The position numbers and the translations under genes were made by a program. From IMG/VR virus record IMGVR_UViG_2545824719_000009: 16,915 bases of DNA. One strand, 5' to 3'. Positions 1 through 8,224 of the stretch are shown here, piece by piece. Positions within the stretch are counted from its first letter, which is position 1. The number at the start of each line of letters is the position of its first letter. Source of the stretch: a virus (Duplodnaviria; Heunggongvirae; Uroviricota; Caudoviricetes). The notes below the pieces were generated by a model. It searched no databases. It was given only the letters and a program-made list of their open reading frames with translations, and had not been told where the DNA came from.

Positions 1-123
1 GGCGATATCAAAGGCGCATGTGATCAGCTACGTCGCTGGACATATGCTGGCGGTAAGCAATGGAAAGGTCTCATGACTCGTCGTGAGATTGAGCGTGAAA
101 TCTGTTTGTGGGGTCAGCAATGA
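1..123 (+). CDS. Endolysin (phage lysozyme, RrrD / phage-21 R-like), C-terminal fragment; 5-prime end lies outside the window
   Basis: Frame 1 is open from the window edge and reads [40 protein letters not shown], ending at TGA 121-123, which overlaps the Rz ATG (ATGA). The tail matches, from memory, the C-terminus of E. coli prophage lysozymes of the RrrD type, and the position directly upstream of Rz/Rz1 is the canonical endolysin slot. Confidence 0.75.
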   Translation, partial: GDIKGACDQLRRWTYAGGKQWKGLMTRREIEREICLWGQQ

Positions 124-578
124 ACAGAGTAACCGCGATTATCTCCGCTCTGGTTATCTGCATCATCGTCTGCCTGTCATGGGCTGTTAATCATTACCGT
201 GATAACGCAATCGCCTACAAAGAGCAGCGCGATAACAAGGCCAGTGAACTGGAGAAGGCGAACGCCACCATCGCTGACATGCGGAAGCGTCAACGTGATG
301 TAGCAGAACTCGACGCAAGATACACAAAGGAGCTTGCTGATGCTAACGCGACTATCGAAAGTCTCCGTGCTGATGTTTCTGCTGGGCGTAAGCGCCTGCA
401 AGTCGCCGCCACCTGTGCAAAGTCAACGACCGGAGCCAGCGGCATGGGCGATGGAGAAAGCCCAGGACTTACAGCAGATGCTGAACTCAATTATTACCGT
501 CTCCGAAGTGGAATCGACAGGATAACCGCGCAGGTTAACTACCTGCAGGAGTACATCAGGACGCAGTGCTTAAAATAA
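120..578 (+). CDS. Rz: Spanin inner-membrane subunit (i-spanin), Rz family
   Basis: ATG at 120 (the ORF track's 108 start is a GTG four codons upstream). [30 protein letters not shown]... has an N-terminal transmembrane helix followed by a charged coiled-coil region and aligns closely with recalled lambda Rz. Rz1 is embedded in the +1 frame, as in lambda. Confidence 0.9.
   Translation: MNRVTAIISALVICIIVCLSWAVNHYRDNAIAYKEQRDNKASELEKANATIADMRKRQRDVAELDARYTKELADANATIESLRADVSAGRKRLQVAATCAKSTTGASGMGDGESPGLTADAELNYYRLRSGIDRITAQVNYLQEYIRTQCLK
340..525 (+). CDS. Rz1: Spanin outer-membrane lipoprotein subunit (o-spanin), Rz1 family, nested inside Rz in another frame
   Basis: ATG at 340 is preceded by AAGGAG at 326-331. 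[20 protein letters not shown] carries a signal peptide with a lipobox (VSAC) and is followed by the proline-rich stretch [13 protein letters not shown] typical of Rz1. The gene lies entirely within Rz, matching the lambda Rz/Rz1 arrangement. Confidence 0.85.
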   Translation: MLTRLSKVSVLMFLLGVSACKSPPPVQSQRPEPAAWAMEKAQDLQQMLNSIITVSEVESTG

Positions 579-615
579 TTTTAATTTCACTGAAATTTAA
601 CAAGTGACTTTCAGG

Positions 616-646
616 AAAATGCCTCGCAGATGCGGGGCATTTTTGT
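616..646. terminator. Candidate rho-independent terminator hairpin downstream of Rz
   Basis: Inverted repeat ATGCCTCGCA (619-628) / TGCGGGGCAT (631-640) gives a roughly 10-bp stem with one G-U pair, flanked by AAAA upstream and TTTTGT downstream. It sits in the 218-bp gap between Rz and the Rha-family gene. Confidence 0.5.
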
Positions 647-796
647 ACCGGTATTTCACCGCGCACCGCAGCGCACAATAAACACCGAACCTGACCCTTT
701 GGAATGGGCCTTTGAGGATACCAGTTAGTGCTGGCGAGCCTCGGTGGGCTGGTTTCCTGTGCGGCAAAGGTTCATTTCAAAGAAGCAGGCAACGCC

Positions 797-1345
797 ATGA
801 ATGAATTAATTGCGAATCATGACTTCGACTTTCGCCAGTTAGTTACCGCAGCAGAAGGTCAACCGGTAACTGACACCTTCCAGATTGCCAGGGCATTTGG
901 TAAACGCCATCAGCATGTGATTAGGGCTATTAAATGTTTGAGATGTTCTGAGGAATTCTCGACAACCCATTTTTGGGCCGTCGAGAAAATCAATGACTTA
1001 GGGATTTTTGACAAGAAACAGATTTACTACCGCATGGACTTTAGTGGCTTCGTTATGCTGGTTATGGGATTTAACGGAGCAAAAGCCGATGCTGTTAAAG
1101 AAGCCTATATCAATGCGTTTAACTGGATGTCAGCAGAACTCCGTAAGTACAGCGAAAGTTATGAAGCAGAACGTAACGCCGTAATGCTGGAGTACATGAA
1201 AGAGAAGGATGTCGCCAGCATGTCAGGCCGTCTGCTCAATCGCTGGGGGAGAACGAAAAAACCTCAATTGCTTGCAAAGCTGGAACGTCTGGAGAGACAG
1301 GGACAGTTTTTATTACCGGGATTCGATAAAGGTATTCAAGCCTGA
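797..1345 (+). CDS. Rha-family phage regulatory protein (phage_pRha domain)
   Basis: ATG at 797 is in frame with the 728 ORF, whose 728 start is a GTG. The stretch QPVTDTFQIARAFGKRHQHVIRAIKCL...FSGFVMLVMGFNGAKADAVKEAYINAFNWM matches the conserved Rha pattern (FGKRH.NVLR.I ... GF.G.KA...KEAYI.AFN.M). The C-terminal ~70 aa are not recognised. Confidence 0.8.
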   Translation: MNELIANHDFDFRQLVTAAEGQPVTDTFQIARAFGKRHQHVIRAIKCLRCSEEFSTTHFWAVEKINDLGIFDKKQIYYRMDFSGFVMLVMGFNGAKADAVKEAYINAFNWMSAELRKYSESYEAERNAVMLEYMKEKDVASMSGRLLNRWGRTKKPQLLAKLERLERQGQFLLPGFDKGIQA

Positions 1346-1662
1346 CACATTATGCGCTGTATCGTCGCCGTATTCCCGCATTAACCATGACCGTAGCCCG
1401 ACGGGGAACTCCTTCTGCGCGAGTGTGCGGGAATAATCAAAAACGATGCACACCGGGTTTTTACCGCGTTTATGGTTCGCGGGTTTGTCCCTCATGCTCG
1501 CCAGTCCCGTGCGGGGGTGGAAGAAACAGGACACTTACACAGATTCTTGTGGGCACGATGCTATGCCTTTCTGGATTATCCCGATGCCATTCATGCAAGG
1601 CGTTGTATCAGACGTTCGTCAGAGCTGTCAGGCTGACGGGTCCTCCCGGTGGGGTGGCCTGC

Positions 1663-1685
1663 CACGGGGCGGGAGCGTCGCGGAA
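1663..1685. other. Candidate cosN (terminase nicking site / cohesive-end site), lambda-like
   Basis: Sequence CACGGGGCGGGAGCGTCGCGG resembles recalled lambda cosN context ACGGGGCGGCGACCTCGCGGG. The putative 12-nt cohesive end GGGCGGGAGCGT is at 1667-1678 (lambda: GGGCGGCGACCT). It lies immediately upstream of the Nu1-like terminase small subunit gene, as in lambda. Confidence 0.55.
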
Positions 1686-1850
1686 AAAGGCTAGTTTTTG
1701 AAATTTCATTCGTCATCACCACTACTGTAATGTATTGATATTGCAGTGGTTTTATTTTTGTGGTGTCGATTTTGATTGTTTTTTGTTCATCACTAACACC
1801 GTTTGCCTAAAGTTGTTCGCAAGATGCATGTTTAAAACATTCTGGAGCGG
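1686..1850. promoter_or_regulatory. Candidate cosB (terminase small-subunit / IHF binding region) between cosN and the Nu1 start
   Basis: AT-rich non-coding stretch. It contains TTCATTCGTCATCACC...AATG, which resembles recalled lambda cosB sequence (CTTCTTCGTCATAACTTAATG), and a repeated TCATCAC motif near 1712 and 1787. Individual R boxes cannot be assigned with confidence. Confidence 0.4.
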
Positions 1851-1852
1851 GT

Positions 1853-2347
1853 ATGGATCGAGAGTTAAAAAATCTGACGCTGAATATCAGTCAACTGGCG
1901 GCACTGTCAGGTGTACATCGCCAGACTGCTGCGGCAAGGCTGCAAAATCTACCCGTTGCAGGGGGGCATGAAAGCAACCTCAAGCTTTATCGGGTGGTTG
2001 ATATTGTGTCGGCATTTCTGGCATTACCACCGCCGGTTGCAGAAGGCGAAATGGACGCGCATGAGCGCAAAGCCTGGTATCAGTCTGAACGTGAGCGTCT
2101 TAAGTTCGAACAGGAAACGGCACAACTCATTCCGGCCAGTGATGTCAGACGGGAGTTTGCCATCTGGGCAAAAGCGGTCGTGCAGGTGCTGGAGACATTA
2201 CCGGATATTCTTGAACGTGACTGCGGTCTGCAGCCTGCCGCTGTGAGCCGTGTTCAGTCCATTATTGATGATCTGCGCGATCAGATAGCCCTGCGGGTGA
2301 CCGAAGCAGGTGCGGATGATGAGGAGGAATTACAGCGGGAGGAGTAA
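1853..2347 (+). CDS. Nu1: Terminase small subunit, lambda Nu1 family (N-terminal HTH, cosB-binding)
   Basis: GGAG lies 7 nt upstream of the ATG. The N-terminus LNISQLAALSGVHRQTAAARLQNLPVAGG parallels the lambda Nu1 helix-turn-helix, and the overall layout follows Nu1. The TAA stop overlaps the large-subunit ATG (TAATG). Confidence 0.75.
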   Translation: MDRELKNLTLNISQLAALSGVHRQTAAARLQNLPVAGGHESNLKLYRVVDIVSAFLALPPPVAEGEMDAHERKAWYQSERERLKFEQETAQLIPASDVRREFAIWAKAVVQVLETLPDILERDCGLQPAAVSRVQSIIDDLRDQIALRVTEAGADDEEELQREE

Positions 2348-4449
2348 TGCTGAATCAGGAAACCGCAAAGGCAGCACGAACCGATTCAGGTTATATCCTT
2401 CGCGCACCGAGACGAATGCGGGTTGCTGATGCCGTTGCTCAGTATATGCGGGTGCCCATGGGGGCAGGGAACTCAGTCCCGTGGGATCCGCTGGTGGCAC
2501 CGTATGTTATTGAGCCGATGAACTGCCTGGCCTCGCGTGAATACGACGCAGTGATATTTGTTGGCCCGGCACGAACCGGCAAGACTATCGGCCTGATTGA
2601 CGGCTGGGTGATTTACAACGTGATTTGCGATCCTGCTGATATGCTGATCATACAGATGACGGAGGAAAAAGCCCGCGAACACTCCAAAAAACGACTCGCC
2701 AGAACGTTTCGCGTCAGCCCGGAAGTGGTCAGTCGCCTGAGTCCGAACAAAAATGACAACAACGTTTATGACAGAACATTCCTTGCTGGTAACTACCTGA
2801 AAATCGGCTGGCCGTCAGTCAATATCATGTCCTCATCAGATTATAAATGCGTCGCGCTGACGGATTATGACCGTTTTCCGGAAGATATTGATGGCGAGGG
2901 GGATGCCTTCTCTCTTGCCTCAAAACGTACCACCACATTTATGTCCAGTGGTATGACGCTGGTGGAGAGTTCCCCCGGCAGGGATGTGAAGGATGTGAAA
3001 TGGCGACGGACTTCACCGCATGAGGCTCCACCAACCACGGGGATACTGTCGCTCTATAACCGTGGCGATCGCCGTCGCTGGTACTGGCCCTGTCCACACT
3101 GTGGTGAGTATTTTCAGCCCTGCGGCGATGTGGTTGCTGGTTTCCGTGATATTGCCGATCCCGTGCTGGCAAGTGAGGCGGCTTATATTCAGTGTCCTTC
3201 CTGTTCAGGACGGATTATGCCTGAACAAAAACGTGAGCTGAACGGACGTGGGGTCTGGTTGCGGGATGGTGAATCCATCAATGCGGATGGCAGTCGTTAT
3301 GGTGATCCCCGACGCTCACGTATTGCGTCATTCTGGATGGAGGGTCCGGCAGCTGCTTACCAGACACTCTCGCAACTCGTTTACAAACTGCTTACTGCAG
3401 AACAGGAATACGAGACAACCGGAAGTGAAGAAACACTCAAGACGGTTATCAATACCGACTGGGGATTACCTTATCTTCCCCGTGCCAGCATGGAGCAACG
3501 AAAAAGTGAACTGCTTGAGCAGCGGGCAGAGCCAGTTCCTTCCCGCAGTGTGCCGGATGGCGTTAATTTCCTGGTGGCGACAGTGGATGTGCAGGCGGGA
3601 CGTCATCGCCGTTTTGTGGTTCAGGTAACGGGCTATGGCAGCCGTGGCGAACGCTGGATTATTGATCGTTACAACATCACGCAGTCATTGCGCGGTGACA
3701 GCGACGGGGAGAGCCAGCGAATTGATCCGGCCAGCTATCCGGAAGACTGGGATGTCCTGCTGACGGATGTTTTTCATAAAAGCTGGCCGCTGGCCTCCGA
3801 TCCTTCTCAACAAATGCGACTGATGGCAATGGCGGTGGACTCCGGCGGTGAAGACGGGGTCACTGATAATGCCTATAAATTCTGGCGTCGTTGCCGTCGT
3901 GATGGCCTTGGTAAACGTATTTACCTGTTTAAGGGCGACAGCATCCGGCGCGCAAAACTGATCACCCGTACATTCCCTGATAACACCGGACGAACGGGCC
4001 GACGGGCGCAGGCCGCAGGTGATGTGCCGCTCTGGCTTCTTCAGACGGATGCCCTGAAAGACCGGGTGAATAACGCGTTATGGCGTGACTCGCCAGGTCC
4101 CGGCTATGTGCATTTCCCTGACTGGCTGGGGAGCTGGTTTTACGACGAACTGACGTATGAAGAGCGGAGTAGTGACGGGAAATGGAGTAAGCCGGGTCGC
4201 GGTGCCAACGAAGCTTTTGACCTGATGGTGTATGCCGAGGCTCTGGTCATTCTGCATGGATACGAAAAGATCCGCTGGCCGGATGCACCGGAGTGGGCGA
4301 GCCGGGAAACCTGGCTGGAGTGTGTCCCGGACAGTACCGAACCGTCACCCTCACCGGAACCGGTATCCACGCCTGTTAAAAAACAAAAACGGAAGAAAAC
4401 AGTAACTGACGATGTTAACCCCTGGCTGACTTCCGGAGGATGGTTATGA
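2347..4449 (+). CDS. A: Terminase large subunit, lambda gpA family
   Basis: 700 aa, with GGGAGGAG upstream. Contains the ATPase P-loop-like GPARTGKT and the motif WYWPCPHCGEYFQ, which parallels lambda gpA ACPHCGEEQYLKFG. Size and position match gpA. Confidence 0.9.
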   Translation: MLNQETAKAARTDSGYILRAPRRMRVADAVAQYMRVPMGAGNSVPWDPLVAPYVIEPMNCLASREYDAVIFVGPARTGKTIGLIDGWVIYNVICDPADMLIIQMTEEKAREHSKKRLARTFRVSPEVVSRLSPNKNDNNVYDRTFLAGNYLKIGWPSVNIMSSSDYKCVALTDYDRFPEDIDGEGDAFSLASKRTTTFMSSGMTLVESSPGRDVKDVKWRRTSPHEAPPTTGILSLYNRGDRRRWYWPCPHCGEYFQPCGDVVAGFRDIADPVLASEAAYIQCPSCSGRIMPEQKRELNGRGVWLRDGESINADGSRYGDPRRSRIASFWMEGPAAAYQTLSQLVYKLLTAEQEYETTGSEETLKTVINTDWGLPYLPRASMEQRKSELLEQRAEPVPSRSVPDGVNFLVATVDVQAGRHRRFVVQVTGYGSRGERWIIDRYNITQSLRGDSDGESQRIDPASYPEDWDVLLTDVFHKSWPLASDPSQQMRLMAMAVDSGGEDGVTDNAYKFWRRCRRDGLGKRIYLFKGDSIRRAKLITRTFPDNTGRTGRRAQAAGDVPLWLLQTDALKDRVNNALWRDSPGPGYVHFPDWLGSWFYDELTYEERSSDGKWSKPGRGANEAFDLMVYAEALVILHGYEKIRWPDAPEWASRETWLECVPDSTEPSPSPEPVSTPVKKQKRKKTVTDDVNPWLTSGGWL

Positions 4450-4658
4450 ACCAGAATGATATCGAAGCCATGATTCAGCGTTATACGGAAGCTGAAATGG
4501 CGGTGCTGGACGGAAAATCCGTCACTTTTAATGGTCAGCAGATGACCATGGAAAACTTATCTGAGATCCGGCAGGGGCGGCAGGAGTGGGAGCGCCGCCT
4601 TGCGGCTCTGATTACACGACGACGGGGGCATCCCGGGTACCGGCTGGCGAGGTTCTGA
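4446..4658 (+). CDS. W: Head-tail connector / head completion protein gpW
   Basis: 70 aa: MNQNDIEAMIQRYTEAEMAVLDGKSVTFNGQQMTMENLSEIRQGRQEWERRLAALITRRRG. Size, the position between terminase and portal, and the C-terminal RRRG motif match lambda gpW. GGAGGA lies 5 nt upstream of ATG 4446; an in-frame ATG at 4440 is the alternative start. Confidence 0.8.
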   Translation: MNQNDIEAMIQRYTEAEMAVLDGKSVTFNGQQMTMENLSEIRQGRQEWERRLAALITRRRGHPGYRLARF

Positions 4659-6166
4659 TGGCAATTCTTGATGATGTGATTGGCGTTTTTTCACCAGGAT
4701 GGAAAGCGGCAAGGCTGCGTTCCCGTGCGGTGATCCAGGCTTATGAGGCCGTAAAAACGACGCGGACACACAAAGCCCGACGGGAGAACAGAACTGCCGA
4801 CCAGTTAAGCCAGTACGGGGCCGTGTCGTTACGTGAGCAGGCCCGTTACCTTGATAACAACCACGATCTGGTTATTGGTGTATTTGACAAGCTGGAAGAA
4901 CGGGTGGTGGGGAAAAACGGGATTATTGTCGAGCCACATCCGGTATTACGCAATGGGGCCATTGCCCGTGATCTGGCAGCGGAGATTCGCACCCGATGGA
5001 GTGAATGGTCTGTCAGTCCGGAGGTCACCGGGCAGTTTACCCGTCCGATGCTGGAACGTCTGATGCTGCGTACCTGGCTGCGCGATGGTGAGGTGTTTGC
5101 CCAGATGGTTTCCGGGCGCATAAACAGCCTGACGCCTTCTGCCGGTGTTCATTTCTGGCTGGAGGCGCTCGAGCCGGACTTTATTCCCATGACCAGTGAT
5201 GAGAGCAACAGGCTGAATCAGGGCGTGTTTGTTGATGACTGGGGGCGTCCCGAAAAATATCTGGTGTATAAAAGCCGTCCCGTATCCGGACGGCAGATGG
5301 AAACCAAAGAAGTGGATGCAGAGCGAATGCTGCATCTTAAATTTGTTCGCCGTCTGCACCAGATGCGCGGGACGTCTTTGTTGTCCGGTGTGCTGATCCG
5401 CCTCAGTGCCCTGAAAGATTATGAAGATTATGAGCTGACTGCAGCAAGGATCGCCGCTGCTCTGGGGATGTACATCCGCAAAGGCGACGGGCAGAGCTAT
5501 GAACCGGATGGTAATGGCAGCAAGGATAAGGAACGCGAGCTTACCATTCAGCCAGGCATTATTTACGATGATCTGAAACCCGGCGAAGAAATCGGAATGG
5601 TGAAGTCGGATCGCCCCAATCCTAACCTTGAAACTTTTCGTAATGGTCAGTTGCGTGCCGTGGCGGCGGGCAGTCGTCTGAGTTTTTCCAGTACAGCGCG
5701 CAACTATAACGGCACTTACAGCGCCCAGCGTCAGGAGCTGGTTGAATCCACTGATGGCTACCTGATCCTGCAGGACTGGTTTATTGGTGCCGTCACCCGC
5801 CCGATGTATCGTGCATGGCTGAAACAGGCTGTGGCATCCGGTGTTATCAGGCTACCCCGCGATCTTGACCGTTCTTCACTGTATACCGCGGTGTATTCCG
5901 GACCAGTGATGCCGTGGATTGACCCTGTTAAGGAGGCTGAGGCCTGGAAAATCCAGATTCGTGGTGGAGCGGCGACAGAATCAGACTGGGTACGTGCTGG
6001 TGGTCGTAATCCGGATGATGTCAAACGTCGGCGCAAGGCCGAAATTGATGAAAACCGCAAGCTGGATCTGGTATTTGATACCGATCCGGCCAGTGATAAA
6101 GGAGGCAGTAGTGCCGCAACGAAACGACAGGAGCCGCAGCACACCGACGACCAGTCCGAAGATTAA
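4658..6166 (+). CDS. B: Portal protein, lambda gpB family
   Basis: ATG at 4658 overlaps the gpW stop (TGATG). The ORF track's earlier start at 4586 would run back through the W gene. About 500 aa with a lambda gpB-like architecture, in the position immediately after W. Confidence 0.85.
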   Translation: MAILDDVIGVFSPGWKAARLRSRAVIQAYEAVKTTRTHKARRENRTADQLSQYGAVSLREQARYLDNNHDLVIGVFDKLEERVVGKNGIIVEPHPVLRNGAIARDLAAEIRTRWSEWSVSPEVTGQFTRPMLERLMLRTWLRDGEVFAQMVSGRINSLTPSAGVHFWLEALEPDFIPMTSDESNRLNQGVFVDDWGRPEKYLVYKSRPVSGRQMETKEVDAERMLHLKFVRRLHQMRGTSLLSGVLIRLSALKDYEDYELTAARIAAALGMYIRKGDGQSYEPDGNGSKDKERELTIQPGIIYDDLKPGEEIGMVKSDRPNPNLETFRNGQLRAVAAGSRLSFSSTARNYNGTYSAQRQELVESTDGYLILQDWFIGAVTRPMYRAWLKQAVASGVIRLPRDLDRSSLYTAVYSGPVMPWIDPVKEAEAWKIQIRGGAATESDWVRAGGRNPDDVKRRRKAEIDENRKLDLVFDTDPASDKGGSSAATKRQEPQHTDDQSED

Positions 6167-8138
6167 TTCCTGGTTCAGGATGCAGGCTGGTCACCAGAGT
6201 GACGCGGATATTTATATTTATGACGAGATTGGTTTCTGGGGTGTTACAGCGAAGCAGTTTATCAGTGATCTGAATGCACTGGGCGATATCACCCACATTA
6301 ATCTCCATATTAATTCACCGGGTGGCGATGTCTTTGAAGGCATCGCCATTTTTAATGCGCTGAAAACACATGGTGCGTCCATTACCGTTTATGTCGACGG
6401 TGTGGCGGCGTCAATGGCGTCGGTCATTGCGATGGTGGGAAACCCGGTCATTATGCCGGAAAACACCTTCATGATGATTCATAAACCATTTGGCTTTACG
6501 GGCGGTGATGCGGAGGACATGCGCACCTATGCCGACCTGCTCGATAAGGTTGAGGCGGTTCTGTTACCCGCTTATGCACAGAAAACCGGGAAAACCACCG
6601 ATGAAATTGCTGCCATGCTGGCGGATGAGACCTGGATGTCCGGTGCCGAATGTCTGGCACAGGGATTTGCTGATCAGGTGACGCCAGCCGTTAAGGCAAT
6701 GGCATGTATTCAGTCAAAACGTACAGAGGAATTTAAAAAGATGCCGGAATCCATTCGAAACATGATTACTCCGCCACGCAACAGTGCTCCACGCGTACAG
6801 GATGATGAACCTGCAGCCTCCCGGACGCCAGTGCAGGCAGCAGCACCCGTGGTGGATGAAAACAGTATCCGTGCGCAGGTACTGGCAGAGCAAAAAGCGC
6901 GTGTAAACGGTATTAATGATCTGTTTGCCATGTTTGGCGGGCGTTATCAGACGCTGCAGGCTCAGTGTCTTGCCGATCCTGAATGTTCGCTGGAGCAGGC
7001 CCGCGAAAAGCTGTTGAACGAGATGGGGCGCGAGTCCACGCCATCCAATAAAAATACCCCGGCTCATATTTATGCCGGTAACGGTAATTTTGTGGGGGAC
7101 GGGATCCGCCAGGCGCTGATGGCGCGTGCCGGATTTGAAAAAACCGAACGTGATAATGTCTACAACGGGATGACCCTGCGTGAATATGCCCGTATGTCAC
7201 TGACTGAACGGGGTATTGGGGTTTCCAGTTATAACCCGATGCAGATGGTCGGTGCGGCGTTCACACACAGTACGTCTGACTTCGGTAATATTCTGCTGGA
7301 TGTTGCGAACAAAGCCATTCTGCAGGGCTGGGAAGATGCCCCTGAAACCTATGAACAGTGGACGCGGAAAGGTCAGTTGTCTGATTTTAAAATTGCCCAT
7401 CGTGTGGGTATGGGGGGCTTCAGTGCTCTGCGTCAGGTGCGTGAAGGGGCGGAATATAAATACGTCACCACCGGAGATAAACAGGCCACTATTGCACTGG
7501 CGACCTATGGCGAGCTGTTCAGTATCACCCGTCAGGCCATTATCAATGATGATCTGAATATGCTGACCGATGTCCCGATGAAGCTGGGCCGTGCGGCGAA
7601 ATCCACTATTGCCGATCTGGTTTATGCCATTCTGACGTCTAACCCGAAAATCTCCACAGATAATGTAAGTCTGTTCGATAAAGCGAAACATGCAAACGTA
7701 CTGGAGAGCGCTGCAATGGACGTGGCATCGCTGGATAAAGCCCGCCAGTTGATGCGCGTTCAGAAAGAGGGGGAGCGTCATCTGAATATTCGTCCTGCGT
7801 TCGTACTGGTACCGACGGCGATGGAGTCTGTTGCTAACCAGGTCATTCGCTCCTCAAGTGTCAAGGGGGCTGACATTAACGCCGGTATTATTAACCCGGT
7901 GAAAGATTTTGCGACCGTTATTGCAGAGCCTCGTCTTGATGATAACAGCCTGACCACCTTCTACCTGGCTGCGTCAAAAGGCTCCGATACGATTGAAGTG
8001 GCTTATCTCAACGGTGTGGATACGCCATATATTGATCAGATGGAGGGCTTCAGTGTGGATGGCGTGACAACGAAAGTGCGTATTGACGCCGGTGTCGCGC
8101 CAGTTGATCACCGCGGTCTGGTGAAATGTACGGCGTAA
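6111..8138 (+). CDS. Prohead maturation protease (ClpP/S14-like) fused to scaffold-like linker and major capsid protein
   Basis: One continuous ORF. The N-terminal domain ADIYIYDEIGFWG...INSPGGDVFEGIAIFNAL...GVAASMASVIA...MMIHKP is ClpP-like with candidate Ser/His catalytic residues. A Pro/Ala/Gln-rich linker follows, then a ~330-aa domain called major capsid protein from its size and position. Start is uncertain: GTG 6111 has AAAGGAGG 5 nt upstream and overlaps the portal 3-prime end; ATG 6180 is the alternative. Confidence 0.7.
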   Translation: MPQRNDRSRSTPTTSPKINSWFRMQAGHQSDADIYIYDEIGFWGVTAKQFISDLNALGDITHINLHINSPGGDVFEGIAIFNALKTHGASITVYVDGVAASMASVIAMVGNPVIMPENTFMMIHKPFGFTGGDAEDMRTYADLLDKVEAVLLPAYAQKTGKTTDEIAAMLADETWMSGAECLAQGFADQVTPAVKAMACIQSKRTEEFKKMPESIRNMITPPRNSAPRVQDDEPAASRTPVQAAAPVVDENSIRAQVLAEQKARVNGINDLFAMFGGRYQTLQAQCLADPECSLEQAREKLLNEMGRESTPSNKNTPAHIYAGNGNFVGDGIRQALMARAGFEKTERDNVYNGMTLREYARMSLTERGIGVSSYNPMQMVGAAFTHSTSDFGNILLDVANKAILQGWEDAPETYEQWTRKGQLSDFKIAHRVGMGGFSALRQVREGAEYKYVTTGDKQATIALATYGELFSITRQAIINDDLNMLTDVPMKLGRAAKSTIADLVYAILTSNPKISTDNVSLFDKAKHANVLESAAMDVASLDKARQLMRVQKEGERHLNIRPAFVLVPTAMESVANQVIRSSSVKGADINAGIINPVKDFATVIAEPRLDDNSLTTFYLAASKGSDTIEVAYLNGVDTPYIDQMEGFSVDGVTTKVRIDAGVAPVDHRGLVKCTA

Positions 8139-8162
8139 ACGTCGCAGACAACAACTCTGATG

Positions 8163-8181
8163 GCCCGTAAGGGCTTTTTTT
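8163..8181. terminator. Weak terminator-like hairpin plus T7 run after the capsid gene
   Basis: GCCC-GTAA-GGGC followed by TTTTTTT, 25 nt after the capsid stop. A second hairpin CAGCCCC-TGAAC-GGGGCTG sits at 8193-8211 with no T-run. Confidence 0.3.
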
Positions 8182-8224
8182 GTACCTGAAATCAGCCCCT
8201 GAACGGGGCTGTGCGGAGACAGTT

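Noticed and set aside
1346-1660. Possible tRNA or small RNA in the non-coding stretch after the Rha gene
   Set aside because: GGTTCGCGGG near 1472 superficially resembles a T-loop, but no cloverleaf with acceptor or anticodon stems can be drawn. Nothing supports an RNA gene.
1387-1701. Two overlapping + strand ORFs (104 aa and 82 aa) in the GC-rich segment upstream of cos
   Set aside because: Cys/Arg/Gly-rich translations with no ribosome-binding site and no recognisable domain. They run into the cosN sequence and look like chance ORFs in GC-rich non-coding DNA.
1735-1971. 78-aa + strand ORF spanning the cosB region and the Nu1 start
   Set aside because: It overlaps the well-supported Nu1-like gene out of frame and covers AT-rich cos-adjacent DNA. 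No start signals.
5919-6110. Upstream extension of the protease-capsid ORF (track start at 5919)
   Set aside because: The extension overlaps 250 nt of the portal gene in another frame and has no conserved sequence. The ClpP-like domain begins after the GTG 6111 and ATG 6180 candidate starts.
7197-7781. 194-aa ORF on the - strand
   Set aside because: It lies entirely antisense inside the capsid-domain coding region of the protease-capsid gene. The sense strand has the clear protein signature, and the translation is low-complexity with no motifs.
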